A stretch of 64,000 nucleotides of DNA from an uncultured Alphaproteobacteria bacterium (GCA_963741115.1 CAVUGR010000008.1:45251-109250), one strand, 5' to 3'. Positions 40,261-51,481 are shown, numbered from the stretch's first letter. Numbers and translations: made by a program. The notes: generated from the sequence alone by a model not told the origin.

Positions 40261-41883
40261 ATGGCTATCGCCGAAGCGCGCGCGGCAGAGCCGATCGCGC
40301 AGATTAGGCGCGGGAGTGCCGGTGGGCGCAATCCCACGCGATTACAATTTCGCCGCCGATGTGCTGCAGACGCAATCTCGATGCCGGCCGCGCCAACAAG
40401 CCGGCCTATATCGACGCGCGCGGCACGACGACCTACGGCCAGCTCGCCGATCGCGTCGCGCGCTTCGGCGCCGCGCTGCGCGGCCTCGGCATCAAGCGCG
40501 AGGAGCGCGTGCTGCTCGCGCTGCATCGACACCATCGACTGGCCGACCGCGTTTCTCGGCTGCCTGAAGGCCGGCATCATCGCCGTGCCGGTCAATACGC
40601 TGCTCACCGAAGACGACTACCGCTTCATGCTGGCCGACAGCCGCGCCAAATGCCTGGTGGTGTCGGAGGCGCTGTTTCCGAAATTCGAGAAGCTCATCAA
40701 GCAAAGCCCGACCTCGAGCATGTCATCGTCTCCGGCGACAATCCACACGGCTACCGGCTGTTCGAGGATCTGATCGGCGCCGACGAGCCCGAAGCCTTAC
40801 ACCGCGCCGACCACCTGCGACGACATGGCGTTCTGGCTCTACACCTCGGGCTCGACCGGCAAGCCGAAGGGCGCGGTGCATGTGCATGCCAGCCTGAAAC
40901 TCACCGCCGATCTTTACGGCACGCCGGTCGCCGGCATCAAGGAAAGCGACGTCTGTCTATTCGGTGGCGAAATTGTTTTTCGCCTACGGCCTCGGCAACG
41001 CCATGACGTTCCCGATGTCGGTCGGCGCCACCACGGTGCTGCTGGGCGACCGGCCGACGCCGGACGGCGTCGCGGCGCTGCTGCGCAAACATCCGGTCAC
41101 GGTGTTCTACGGCGTGCCGACCTTCTACGCCGCGTTCCTGGCCAGCCCGAACGCGCCGCAGAAGTCGCGAAGTGAAATTGCGCCGCTGCATTTCCGCCGG
41201 CGAGGCGCTGCCGGAAGGAAGTCGCGCAAGCACTGGCACGACCGTTACGGCGTGCGAGATTTCCGACGGCCTCGGCACCACCGAGATGCTGCACATCTAT
41301 CTGACCAACGTTCCGGGCGCGACCAAATACGGCACCACCGGCAAGCGCGGTGCCCGGCTACGAGATCAAGCTGATCGGCGAGGACGGCCAGCCGGTGAAG
41401 CACGGCGAGATGGGCGAGATGTATGCGCGCGGGCCGACCAGCTGCGATCATGTACTGGAACAACCGCGAGAAATCGCGCTCGACCTTCCAGGGCGAATGG
41501 ACGCGCTCCGGCGACAAATATATCGAGGACGCCGACGGCTATTACGTCTGCTGCGGCCGCGCCGACGACATGCTGAAAGTGTCGGGCATGTATGTCTCGC
41601 CGTTCGAGGTCGAGGCCGCGCTGTCGTCGCATCCCGGACGTGCTGGAAGCGGCGGTGGTCGGCTGGAACGACGAGCAGAAGCTGATCAAGCCGAAAGCCT
41701 TTGTCGTGCTCAAGCAGCCGGACAAGGCGAGCGATGCGCTCGCTGAAGGCGTTGCAGGAGCACGTGAAGCAAAAGCTTGCGCCGTTCAAATATCCGCGCT
41801 GGATCGAATTCCGCAAGGAACTGCCGAAGACGGCGACCGGCAAGATCCAGCGCTTCAAGTTGCGCGCGGAAGGACAGGCTTGA
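40261..41883 (+). pseudogene. aryl-CoA ligase of the benzoate/4-hydroxybenzoate-CoA ligase (BadA/HbaA) family, at least 10 frameshifts
   Basis: GGGAGG Shine-Dalgarno before the ATG at 40261. AMP-binding motifs (YTSGSTGKPKGAVHVH; GEMGEMYARGP; WTRSGDKY; [10 protein letters not shown]) are spread over all three frames across 1.6 kb. Between shifts the sequence looks undamaged. Confidence 0.8.
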
Positions 41884-41889
41884 CGCGCA

Positions 41890-42699
41890 ATGGCTCTGGC
41901 AGATTCCGGCTTCCTCTCCATCGGCACGCAGCGCCTCGAATACCGCATGATCGGGCCGCGGCCGGACGAAGGCCCGACGATCGTGATGCTGCATGAGGGC
42001 CTCGGCTGCGTCGGCCTGTGGGGCGATTTTCCCGACAAATTGCAGGCGGCGACCGGTGCCGGCGTGTTCGTCTATTCGCGCGCGGCTTACGGAAAATCGA
42101 GCCCCGTCACGTTGCCGCGCCCGCTCAGTTTCATGCATGACGAAGCGCGCGACGCGCTGCCGCGCCTGCTCGACGCGATCGGCTTCCAGCGCGGGCTGCT
42201 GATCGGCCACAGCGACGGCGCGTCGATCGCCGCGATCTATGCCGGCAGCCATCAGGATCATCGCGTCGGCGGCCTGGTGCTGATCGCGCCGCATTTCTTC
42301 ACCGAGCCGTCCGGCCTCGCGGCCATCGCCGAAACGCGCAAGGCCTACGAGAGCGGTGAATTGCGCGCGCGCCTGTCGCGCTGGCATGCCGACGTCGACA
42401 ACGCGTTCAACGGCTGGTGCGATGCCTGGCTCGATCCCGATTTCCGAACGTGGAACATCACCGACGAGCTCGCCTATATCCGCGTGCCGATGCTGATCGT
42501 GCAGGGCGAGGACGACCAATACGGCACGGTGAAGCAGATCGAGGTCGCGCAGACGGAATGCTACTGCCCGGTCGAGGTCGTGCTGCTGCCCGGCGCCAAG
42601 CACTCGCCGCAGCGCGACGCGCCGGAGGCGACGCTGAAGGTGATCGTGGAGTTTGTCGGGCGGGTGTTGCGCGCCAATCGGTGGCGGTGTGCCGCGTAA
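41890..42699 (+). CDS. alpha/beta hydrolase fold protein
   Basis: Intact 269-aa ORF 6 nt after the ligase stop. Nucleophile elbow GHSDG. No frameshift, despite at least 10 in the adjacent gene. Confidence 0.8.
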   Translation: MALADSGFLSIGTQRLEYRMIGPRPDEGPTIVMLHEGLGCVGLWGDFPDKLQAATGAGVFVYSRAAYGKSSPVTLPRPLSFMHDEARDALPRLLDAIGFQRGLLIGHSDGASIAAIYAGSHQDHRVGGLVLIAPHFFTEPSGLAAIAETRKAYESGELRARLSRWHADVDNAFNGWCDAWLDPDFRTWNITDELAYIRVPMLIVQGEDDQYGTVKQIEVAQTECYCPVEVVLLPGAKHSPQRDAPEATLKVIVEFVGRVLRANRWRCAA

Positions 42700-42755
42700 T
42701 GCATAGATCCCGACGTAAACGCAATCGCTTCGATCAAATCGATGAGCCGGAGATT

Positions 42756-42790
42756 ACTGGGTCCCCCGCTTTCGCGGGGGACGACAGCAT
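42756..42790. repeat. REP-like element, family B (single palindrome CTGGGTCCCCCGCTTTCGCGGGGGACGAC)
   Basis: Shares arms with the other family-B copies. Confidence 0.5.
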
Positions 42791-42795
42791 CAATC

Positions 42796-44005
42796 CTACT
42801 CCGCCGCCTGCTTGGCCGCGCTGCCATGCGCGGAGACGAGATAATCCATCGCCGCCTGCACGCCGCCCTTCTTGTGCGGAATGCCGGCCAGCGACAGCGC
42901 CATCTCGGTGATGCCGAGCGCGCCGATCAGCATGCCGTCGTTGATGTCGCCGAGATGGCCGATGCGGAAATACTTGGCGGTATAGGCGCCGAAGCTCGCA
43001 CCGTAGGAGATATTGAAAGTATCGAGCGCCAGCGCGCGGAACGTGTCGGCGTCGTGACCCTCGGGCACCATGACCGCGGTGATGGTCGGTGAGTACTGAC
43101 TGGCGTTCTTGTTGAGATTCTCCAGTCCCCAGGCCTTGACGGCGCGGCGGGTGGCTTCCGCCAGCCGGTCGTGACGGGCGAACACGTTGTCGAGACCTTC
43201 CTCGTGCAGCATCTCGATGCCGGCCGCGAGGCCGTGCAGCATCTGCGTCGCCGGGCGTGTAGGGGAAGAAGCCGATCTTGTTCATGTTCAGCATGTCGTC
43301 CCAGGCGAAGAACGACTTCGGAATCTTGGAGGTCTTGTTGGCGGCCAACGCCTTGTCGCTCACCGCGTTGAACGACATGCCGGGCGGCATCATCAGGCCC
43401 TTCTGCGCGCCGCCGATGGAGACGTCGACGCCCCATTCGTCATGCCGGTAGTCGGCGGAGGCAAGCGAGGAAATGGTGTCGACCATCAGCAGCGCCGGAT
43501 GGCCGGCGGAGTCGATCGCCTTGCGAATCTCCGGGATCGGCGCCAGCGCTCCGGTAGAGGTCTCGTTGTGAAGAACGCAGACCGCCTTGATCTCTTTGCT
43601 CTTGTCCTCGCGCAATTTGGCTTCGATGACTTTGGGATCGGTGCCCTGGCGCCAGTCGGTGGTAATGAACTCAGGCTTCAGGCCGATGCGCTCGGCCATT
43701 TTCTTCCACAGCGTGGCGAACTGGCCGGTCTCCACCATCAGCACTTTGTCGCCGGGCGACAGCGTGTTGACGAGGGCGGCTTCCCAGGCGCCGGTGCCGG
43801 TCGCGGTGTAGATGATGACCGGGTTGGTGGTCTTGAAGATGGTCTTGATGCCCTCGAGGCACTTCTTGGCGAGCTTGGAGAATTCCGGTCCACGGTGGTC
43901 GATGATGGGCGTATCCATCGCCCGCAGCACGCGGTCGGGCAGCGGGGTGGGGCCCGGAATTTGCAGGAAATGTCGGCCTACCGGACGCGAGGAATTCTTA
44001 GCCAT
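42796..44005 (-). pseudogene. class V aminotransferase (serine-glyoxylate / alanine-glyoxylate aminotransferase family), one frameshift near 43245
   Basis: AGGAG Shine-Dalgarno before the ATG at 44005. The N-terminal 250 aa are in ORF 42734-44011 and the C-terminal 148 aa in ORF 42796-43242. One inserted G explains the junction (FFPYTP|ATQMLHGLAAGIEMLHEEG). Confidence 0.8.
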
Positions 44006-44098
44006 TGGCATTCGCTCCTAAACCGCCGCTTTTTAAGGAATTTCGTGGCTTAACCACGGCCTGCCCGGCAAAGGGCGCGGCGCTTGTGGCGTTGAACT

Positions 44099-47000
44099 AT
44101 GAATGCGACATTGCGGTCAAGCGGTTTTCCGCACGGCAGATACGCTCCCCATGTATTGGCAGATCTGGTCACGACAAGGACTGATGCCGTGGCGGTGGTG
44201 ATGCCCGGCCTGGAACGGCGGCTGAAGGCCGAGTTGAGCGGGGACGTGCAGTTCGACCGCTACACGCGGGGCCGTTACGCGACCGACGCCTCGCATTACC
44301 AGATCACGCCGGTCGGCGTGGTCGCGCCCCGCACCATTGAAGAAGCCGATCGGGCGATAGCCATTGCCCGGGCCGAGGGCGCCACCGTGCTGGCGCGCGG
44401 CGGTGGCACCTCGCAGGCCGGACAGACCGTCGGCGAATCGCTGGTCGTCGACTGCTCGAAATACCTGACCCGCATCCTCGACCTCGACGTCAAGCGGCAG
44501 CGCTGCACGGTCGAACCCGGCATCGTGCTCGACGATCTCAACCGCGCGCTGAAACCGCATGGGCTGTGGTTCCCGGTCGACATCTCCACCGCCTCGCGCG
44601 CAACAATAGGCGGCATGGCCGGCAACAATTCCTGCGGCGGCCGCTCGATGCGCTACGGCACCATGCGCGACAACGTCATCTCGATCGAGGCGCTGCTGGC
44701 GGACGGCACGCTCGGCCATTTCGGCCGCATCGGCGGCAATCTCAATGACGTGCCGGCGCTGCTGCGGCCGCTGGTCAAGGACCTGCTGGCGATCGGCACG
44801 CGCGAGGCCGGCGAGATCGCCGCGCGTTTTCCGCGGGTCCAGCGCCGCGTCGGCGGCTACAATCTCGACGCGCTGGTGCCGTTCAAGAACGACGTCAACC
44901 TCGCGCATATACTGGTCGGCGCCGAGGGCACGCTCGGCTTCTCCACCCGGATCGAATTGAAACTGGCGCCCTTGATGGGCCGCCGCGCGGTCGGCGCCTG
45001 CCACTTCGGCAGTTTCCACGGCGCGATGGATGCCGCCCAGCACATCGTGCGGCTCGGGCCGATCGCGGTCGAGTTGATCGACAGCACGCTGATCGAACTC
45101 GCGCGCGAGATCGCGATGTTCGGGCCGACGCTGGAAAAATTCGTGCGCGGTACGCCGGCCGCCGTCCTGCTGGTCGAGTTCGGCGAGGACGATCATGAGG
45201 CGAATCTCGACGGCCTGCGGAATTTGAAGGGCTTGATGGGCGATCTCGGTTTCGGCTTCGACCAGAGCGGCGCCAAATGGGGCGGCGTGGTCGAGGTGCT
45301 CAACGCCGAATTGCAGGCCGCCATCACCGACGTGCGCACCTCCGGCCTCAACATCATGATGTCGATGAAGGCGGAGGGAAAACCGGTCTCCTTCGTCGAG
45401 GATTGCGCGGTGCCGCTCGAGCATCTTGCCGCCTACACCGCGCGGCTGACGCAAATCTTCGAGAAGCACGGCACCCGCGGCACCTGGTACGCGCATGCCG
45501 GCTCCGGCTGCCTGCATGTGCGCCCGGTGCTCAATCTGCGGCAGGAGAAGGACGTGCATGCCATGCGCGAGATCGCCGAGGAGGCGTTCGCCATGGTGCG
45601 CGAATACAAGGGCTCGCATTCGGGCGAGCACGGCGACGGTCTGGTGCGCTCGGAATTCAACGAGGTGATGTTCGGCTCGCGGCTGGCGCGCGCCTTCGAA
45701 GAGGTTAAGGACCGTTTCGATCCGAACGGGCTCTACAATCCCGGCAAGGTCGTGCGGCCGCCGAAATTCGACGATCGCAGCCTGTTCCGTTACGCGCCCG
45801 ATTATCACGGCGAGCAGATCGAAACCCAGCTCGACTGGTCGGCCTATTCCGGCGTCGGCGGCGGTTTTCAGGGCGCGGTCGAGATGTGCAACAACAACGG
45901 CGCCTGCCGGAAGATGGCGGGCGGCGCCATGTGCCCGAGCTATCGCGTCACCCGCGACGAGCGCGACGTCACGCGCGGACGCGCCAATACGTTGCGGCTG
46001 GCGATCTCGGGCCAGCTCGGGCCCGACGCGCTCGCCTCCGACGAGATGGCGGAAACGCTCAAGCTCTGCGTCTCCTGCAAGGCCTGCCGGCGCGAATGCC
46101 CGACCGGCGTCGACATGGCGCGCATGAAAATAGAAGTGCAGGCCGCGCGCGCCAAAAAAAATGGCATCACGCTGCACGACCGGCTGGTCGGCTGGTTGCC
46201 GCGTTACGCGCCGCGCGCGGTGCGCGCGCCGTGGCTGTTCAATCTGCGCGACAATATCGGCGTTCTGCGACGAGCTGTCCGAAACCTTCGCCGGCTTCTC
46301 CGCGCGGCGCAGCCTGCCAAAATGGCGCAGCGATACCTATCGCGACCGTTCCGACTGGGCCTATGCCCCGGCGGATGCGAGCCGCGCCGTCGCGCGAGGT
46401 CGTGCTGTTTGCCGACACCTTCAACCGCTATTTCGAGCGCGAGAATCTCGATGCCGCGTTGCGCGTGCTCACGGCCGGCGGCTATCGCGTGCACGCGGTT
46501 CTGCCCAAGGATGGCGACGAACGCCCGCTCTGCTGCGGCCGCACTTTTCTGGCAGTCGGCCAGGTCGAGGAGGCGCGGCGCGAAATGGCGCGCACGCTTG
46601 ATGCGCTGGCGCCTTATGCCTTGCGCGGCGTTCCGGTCATCGGGCTGGAGCCGAGCTGCCTGTTCACTTTCCGCGATGAAATGCCGGCTCTGCTCAAGAC
46701 CGACGCGGCCAACGCGCTGTCAGGGCAGGCGCTGTTGCTGGAGGAATTCCTCGCCCGCGAGCAGGCGCAAGGCCAGCTCAACCTGCCGCTTGGTCCGCTG
46801 CCGCGCAAGGCGCTGCTGCACGGCCATTGCCATCAGAAAGCATTCGACGCCATGGGCGCGGTCGAGAGCGTGCTCAAGCTGATCCCCGAGCTTTCGGTCG
46901 AGACGGTGGAATCGAGCTGTTGCGGCATGGCCGGCAGTTTCGGCTATAACGCCGACACGATCGACGTCTCGCTCAAGATGGGCGAGTTGTCGCTGTTGCC

Positions 47001-47146
47001 GGCGGTGCGCAAGGCGCCGCGCGATGCGCTGATCGTCGCCGACGGCACCTCGTGCCGGCATCAGATTCACGACGGCAGCGGGAGGGCAGCCGCCCACGTA
47101 GCGACCGTGCTGGCGATGAGCGTTGCGGCGGCATCGGGAAGGCTGA
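44099..47146 (+). pseudogene. FAD-binding and (Fe-S)-binding domain-containing oxidoreductase (GlcD-like FAD domain + 4Fe-4S/CCG domains; YdiJ-like), 2-3 frameshifts, 3' end approximate
   Basis: About 720 aa in a continuous frame from 44099 (FAD-binding PCMH domain; 4Fe-4S CxxCxxCxxxCP). The frame is lost near 46265 and regained near 46385 (VVLFADTFNRYFERE ... CCGMAGSFGY ... DGTSCRHQI). No in-frame stop before the next gene, which implies a further shift near 47110-47146. Confidence 0.75.
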
Positions 47147-47200
47147 TAGTCTCGTCGCGAATAAAGCGCGCCCAAGACGCGCCGATGCCGGGAGGACACG

Positions 47201-48239
47201 ATGCCGCTGCCTTTGCTGCCGACCTCGCTGGTCGGCTCCTACGCGCAGCCGGATTGGCTGATCGACCGCAAGAAGCTCGCCGGCCGCTTTCCGCCGCGCG
47301 TGCGCGCCAAGGAGCTCTGGCGGGTCGCGCCGGAATTCCTCGACCAGGCGCAGGACGACGCCACGCTTGCTGGCCATCCGCGATCAGGAGCGCGCCGGGC
47401 TCGACATCATCACCGACGGCGAGATGCGGCGCGAAAGCTATTCCAACCGCTTCGCCACCGCGCTCGAAGGCGTCGACATCGACAATCCCGGCACGGCGCT
47501 CGATCGCTCCGGCCATCCCAATCCGGTGCCGCGCGTCACCGGCAAGATGCGCCGCAAGCATCCGGTCGAAGTGCGCGACCTCGAATTCCTGCGCGCCAAT
47601 ACCGACCGCATGATCAAGATCACGGTGCCCGGCCCGTTCACCATGTCGCAGCAGGCGCAGAACGATTTCTACAAGGACGAGCAGGAGATGGCGCTCGATT
47701 ATGCCGCGGCGGTGAACGCCGAGATCAAGGATCTGTTCGCGGCCGGCGCCGACGTGGTGCAGATCGACGAGCCTTATATGCAGGCGCGGCCCGGAGAAGG
47801 CGCGCCAGTATCGGCCTCAAGGCGCTGAATGCCGCGCTCGACGGCGTCAAAGGCACGACCGCGGTGCATATCTGCTTCGGCTATGCCGCGATCATCCATG
47901 TGCGGCCGGAGGGCTATTCGTTCCTGCCCGAGTTTGCCAATTCGCAGGTCGCAGCAGGTCTCGATCGAGACCGCGCAATCCAAGCTCGATTGCGCGGTGC
48001 TGGAGAAATTGCCGGGCAAGACCATCATTCTCGGTGTGCTCGATCTGTCCGACATGGCGATCGAGACGCCTGAGATGGTCGCCGCGCGCATCCGCCGCGC
48101 GCTGCCGCACGTGCCGGCGGAGCGCATCGTCGTCGCGCCCGATTGCGGGCTGAAATATCTGCCGCGCGAAGTTGCCTATGGGAAGATGTGCGCCATGGTC
48201 GCGGGCGCAAAAATCGTGCGCGCCGAGCTTTCCAAATGA
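47201..48239 (+). pseudogene. MetE C-terminal-domain-like protein, paralog B, about 4 frameshifts
   Basis: From the ATG at 47201 (MPLPLLPTSLVGSYAQPDWL). Fragments 47367-47828 and 47829-48239 are in other frames. About 75% identical to the intact tandem paralog C over aligned pieces. Confidence 0.75.
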
Positions 48240-49264
48240 AATTGTTTCCTACTTCTCTCGTCGGCTCCTATCCACAGCCCGAATGGCTGATCGACCGCGC
48301 GCGGTTGTCGAAGATGGTACCGCGCGTGCGCATGCAGGATCTTTGGCTGGGCGATCCACAGCACCTAGAAGCCAAGCAGGATGAGGCGACGCTGGAAGCG
48401 ATCCGCGACCAGGAGCGCGCCGGGCTCGACATCATCACCGACGGCGAGCAGCGGCGCGAAAGCTATTCCAATCGCTTTGCCACCGCCCTCGAAGGTGTCG
48501 ACACCGATAATCCCGGTACGACGATCAACCGCAGCGGCAAGCCGATCCCGGTGCCGCGCGTCACCGGAAAAATCCGCCGCAAATATCCGGTGGAAATTCG
48601 CGACATGCGGTTTCTGCGCGCCAATACTAAGAAGCCGGTGAAGATGACGGTGCCCGGCCCCTTTACCATGTCGAAGCAGGCGCAGAACGAATTCTACAAA
48701 AGCGAAGAAGAGATGGCGCTCGATTATGCCGCCGCGGTCAATGCCGAGATCAAGGACCTGTTCGCAGCCGGCGCCGACATCGTTCAGATCGACGAACCGT
48801 GGATGCAGCAACATCCCGACAAAGCGCGCCAATACGGTCTAAAGGCGCTCGACCGTGCGCTCGACGGCGTCACCGGCACGGTCGCGGTGCATCTATGCTT
48901 CGGCTATGCCGCGGTGGTGCACGAGAAGCCAGCCGGTTACTCGTTCCTGGGCGAGCTTGAGGGGTCGAAAGCCGCGCAAGTGTCGATCGAGGCGGCGCAG
49001 CCCAAGCTCGATCTTGGCGTTCTGGAGAAGCTGCCGGGCAAGACCATCGTCCTCGGCGTCATCGATCTGTCCGACATGACGGTGGAGACGCCGGAGATTG
49101 TCGCCGCGCGCATTCGACGCGCGCTGCCGCACGCCCCGGCCGAACGCATCGTGGTGGCGCCCGACTGCGGCATGAAATATCTGAGCCGCGATGTGGCGTT
49201 CGGAAAACTGCAGGCGATGGTGGCGGGCGCGAATATCGTGCGCGCCGAAATCGGAAAAAAGTGA
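48236..49264 (+). CDS. MetE C-terminal-domain-like protein (methionine synthase II-like, about 340 aa), paralog C, intact
   Basis: The ATG at 48236 overlaps the paralog B stop (ATGA). Continuous 342-aa frame. Zn-ligand context typical of the MetE/UroD-like fold (HLCFGY ... APDCGMKY). Confidence 0.8.
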   Translation: MKLFPTSLVGSYPQPEWLIDRARLSKMVPRVRMQDLWLGDPQHLEAKQDEATLEAIRDQERAGLDIITDGEQRRESYSNRFATALEGVDTDNPGTTINRSGKPIPVPRVTGKIRRKYPVEIRDMRFLRANTKKPVKMTVPGPFTMSKQAQNEFYKSEEEMALDYAAAVNAEIKDLFAAGADIVQIDEPWMQQHPDKARQYGLKALDRALDGVTGTVAVHLCFGYAAVVHEKPAGYSFLGELEGSKAAQVSIEAAQPKLDLGVLEKLPGKTIVLGVIDLSDMTVETPEIVAARIRRALPHAPAERIVVAPDCGMKYLSRDVAFGKLQAMVAGANIVRAEIGKK

Positions 49265-49300
49265 CCCGCCCGGATGGGGACTAACCGGGCGGGTCGTTCG
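49264..49300. terminator. inverted repeat ACCCGCCCGG-N12-CCGGGCGGGT between convergent genes; candidate bidirectional terminator
   Basis: 10-bp perfect stem immediately after the metE-like C stop. The T-tract is weak. Confidence 0.35.
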
Positions 49301-49345
49301 GATCGGCGCTGGGATGGACGGGGGTGGCGCCGATCACGATTGAGA

Positions 49346-49549
49346 TCAGTAGGGGACGACGTCGCAAGTCTTGATGGTGAGAACATTGCCAGCATTGTCG
49401 GCGCTATCGGTGAAGCGGCATTCGTCGTAGCCGGCATTGACCCGAAAGGCCGGATCGGAATAGCCGCTTGAGACGGCACCGGCGTTCAGCGTGGCGGCCA
49501 AGGTGACGGCGAGCGTCAGCGCGGCGGCGATGGTGTTGGATCGGGTCAC
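49346..49549 (-). CDS. hypothetical small secreted protein (67 aa, signal peptide, 2 Cys)
   Basis: MTRSNTIAAALTLAVTLAATLNAGA signal-like N-terminus. No homolog recognised. Confidence 0.35.
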   Translation of the reverse strand: MTRSNTIAAALTLAVTLAATLNAGAVSSGYSDPAFRVNAGYDECRFTDSADNAGNVLTIKTCDVVPY

Positions 49550-49674
49550 GGCGGTCTCCCTCCGCGAACTGGGGCGGCCGTCAGGGCCGCGTATTCATGG
49601 GTCGCGTCCGTCCCGGGAAAGGTTCAAGGGGCTCGCCGGTTGCCGCGCCGGGCCGGCAATGAGAAGATGACAAA

Positions 49675-50692
49675 ATGATGCGATTAGCGGCGATTTTGTT
49701 GGCTTTGGCAGCCGGTCTGGCGCCGGCGCAAGCCCAGCAGCTCGACAAGGTCCGCTTCGGCACCAATTGGGTGGCGGAGGCCGAGCACGGCGGCTTCTAT
49801 CAGGCGCTCGCCGACGGCACCTACAAGAAATACGGCCTCGACGTCACCATCGTGCCTGGCGGTCCAAACGTGAACAACCGCATCCTGCTCCCCGTCGGCA
49901 AGCTCGACTTCTTCATGAGCGCCAATTCGCTGCAGAGTTTCGACGCGGTCGCCAACAACATCCCGACCGTCGCGGTGGCCGCGATCTTCCAGAAAGACCC
50001 GCAGGTGCTGATCGCGCATCCGGGCAAGGCCGAGATATTCGCGGACCTGAAGAAGCTGACGCTGTTCGTCTCCAAGGAAGGCATGGCCAGCTACTTCCAG
50101 TGGCTGAAATCGGATTACGGCTTCGACGAGTCCAAGGTGAAGCCCTATACCTTCAATGCGCAGCCGTTTCTCGCGGACAAGAATTCCGCCATGCAGGGCT
50201 ATGTCACCTCCGAGCCATACGCGATCGAGCAGCAGGGCAAGTTCAAGCCGGTCGTGTTCCTGCTCGCCGATCACGGCTTCAACGCCTATTCGACGCTGAT
50301 CGAGACGAGGCGCGATCTGGTGGAGAAGAAGTCCGACCTAGTGCAGCGCTTCGTCGATGCCTCGGCCATCGGCTGGTATCACTATCTCTATGGCGACAAC
50401 GCCGCGGGAAATGCGTTGATCAAGAAGCAGAATCCGGAAATGACCGATGCGCTGCTGACCTATTCCATCGCCATGATGAGGGCCTACAACATTCTCGAGT
50501 TCCTTCGACACGCGCACGGGCGGCATCGGCGCCATGAATGACGCGCTGTGGAAGAGCTTCTTCGATAAGATGGTGCGCGCCGGCGTGATCAAGGGTTCTC
50601 TCGATTACCGGCGCGCCTATACGGAGCAATTCGTCAACAAGGGCGTCGGGGTCGAGTTGAGACCGACGTACCTTGACCAGAAGATCCGGTAA
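49675..50692 (+). pseudogene. ABC transporter substrate-binding protein (NMT1/THI5-like, NitT/TauT family), one frameshift near 50495
   Basis: Signal peptide. The frame is intact to about 50495. After one indel the C-terminus ...FDTRTGGIGAMNDALWKSFFDKMVRAGVIKGSLDYRRAYTEQFVNKGVGVELRPTYLDQKIR reads to the stop at 50692. Confidence 0.7.
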
Positions 50693-50713
50693 TTCCGGTA
50701 ACAGCGGGGATTT

Positions 50714-51481
50714 GTGAGCGCGCTTGGCGGAACGTCATCCATTGTTTCGCTGCACGGCGTCGGCAAGACGTTCGAGAGCGGCACGGTCGCGCTTCGTGAT
50801 TTCGATCTAGACGTGCGCGCCGGTGAATTCGTCTCGCTGCTGGGCCCATCCGGTTGCGGCAAATCGACCGCGCTGCGCATCATCGCGGGCCTGAGCGAAG
50901 CGTCGGCCGGCACGGTCGAGTGGCCAGCCGGTGCAGGAAAAATTGGCTTCGTGTTTCAGGAGCCGACCTTGATGCCCTGGGCGAACGTCGCCGCCAATGT
51001 GCGGCTGCCGCTCAAGCTCGCTCACGCCGACGAGGCGCGCTCACATGCCGCGGTCGCACAGGCGCTGAAGCGCGTCGGACTTGCCGACTTCGCCGACGCG
51101 TATCCGCGCGAATTGTCCGGCGGTATGCGCATGCGCACCTCGATCGCGCGGGCGCTGGTGACCGAGCCGGATCTGCTGCTGATGGATGAGCCGTTCGCCG
51201 CGCTTGATGAGATCACCCGCTTCAAGCTCAACAATGACCTGCTCGACGTCTGGCAGGCGCTGCGCCGCACCGTGATCTTCGTCACCCATTCGGTGTTCGA
51301 GTCGGTCTATCTCTCGCAGCGCATTGTGGTGATGACGCCGCGCCCCGGTCGCGTATTCACGGAGGTCGCCATCCCGGCGCTCTATCCGCGCGACGAGCGC
51401 TTCCGCACCTCGGCCGACTATGCCGGCTTTTGCCGGCAGGTCGGCGAGGCGCTCGGCAAAGCAATGGGAGGTGCGTCATGA
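50714..51481 (+). CDS. ABC transporter ATP-binding protein (NitT/TauT family)
   Basis: GTG start. GPSGCGKST, LSGGMRMR, LLMDEPF. Intact. Confidence 0.85.
   Translation: MSALGGTSSIVSLHGVGKTFESGTVALRDFDLDVRAGEFVSLLGPSGCGKSTALRIIAGLSEASAGTVEWPAGAGKIGFVFQEPTLMPWANVAANVRLPLKLAHADEARSHAAVAQALKRVGLADFADAYPRELSGGMRMRTSIARALVTEPDLLLMDEPFAALDEITRFKLNNDLLDVWQALRRTVIFVTHSVFESVYLSQRIVVMTPRPGRVFTEVAIPALYPRDERFRTSADYAGFCRQVGEALGKAMGGAS

Noticed and set aside
45886-47613. 575-aa ORF apparently fusing the C-terminal half of the FAD/Fe-S oxidoreductase to the start of metE-like B
   Set aside because: It is an artefact of frameshifts. The oxidoreductase frame has no stop before 47613 only because a +/-1 shift near 47110-47146 hides its terminator. 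metE-like B starts at its own ATG at 47201.
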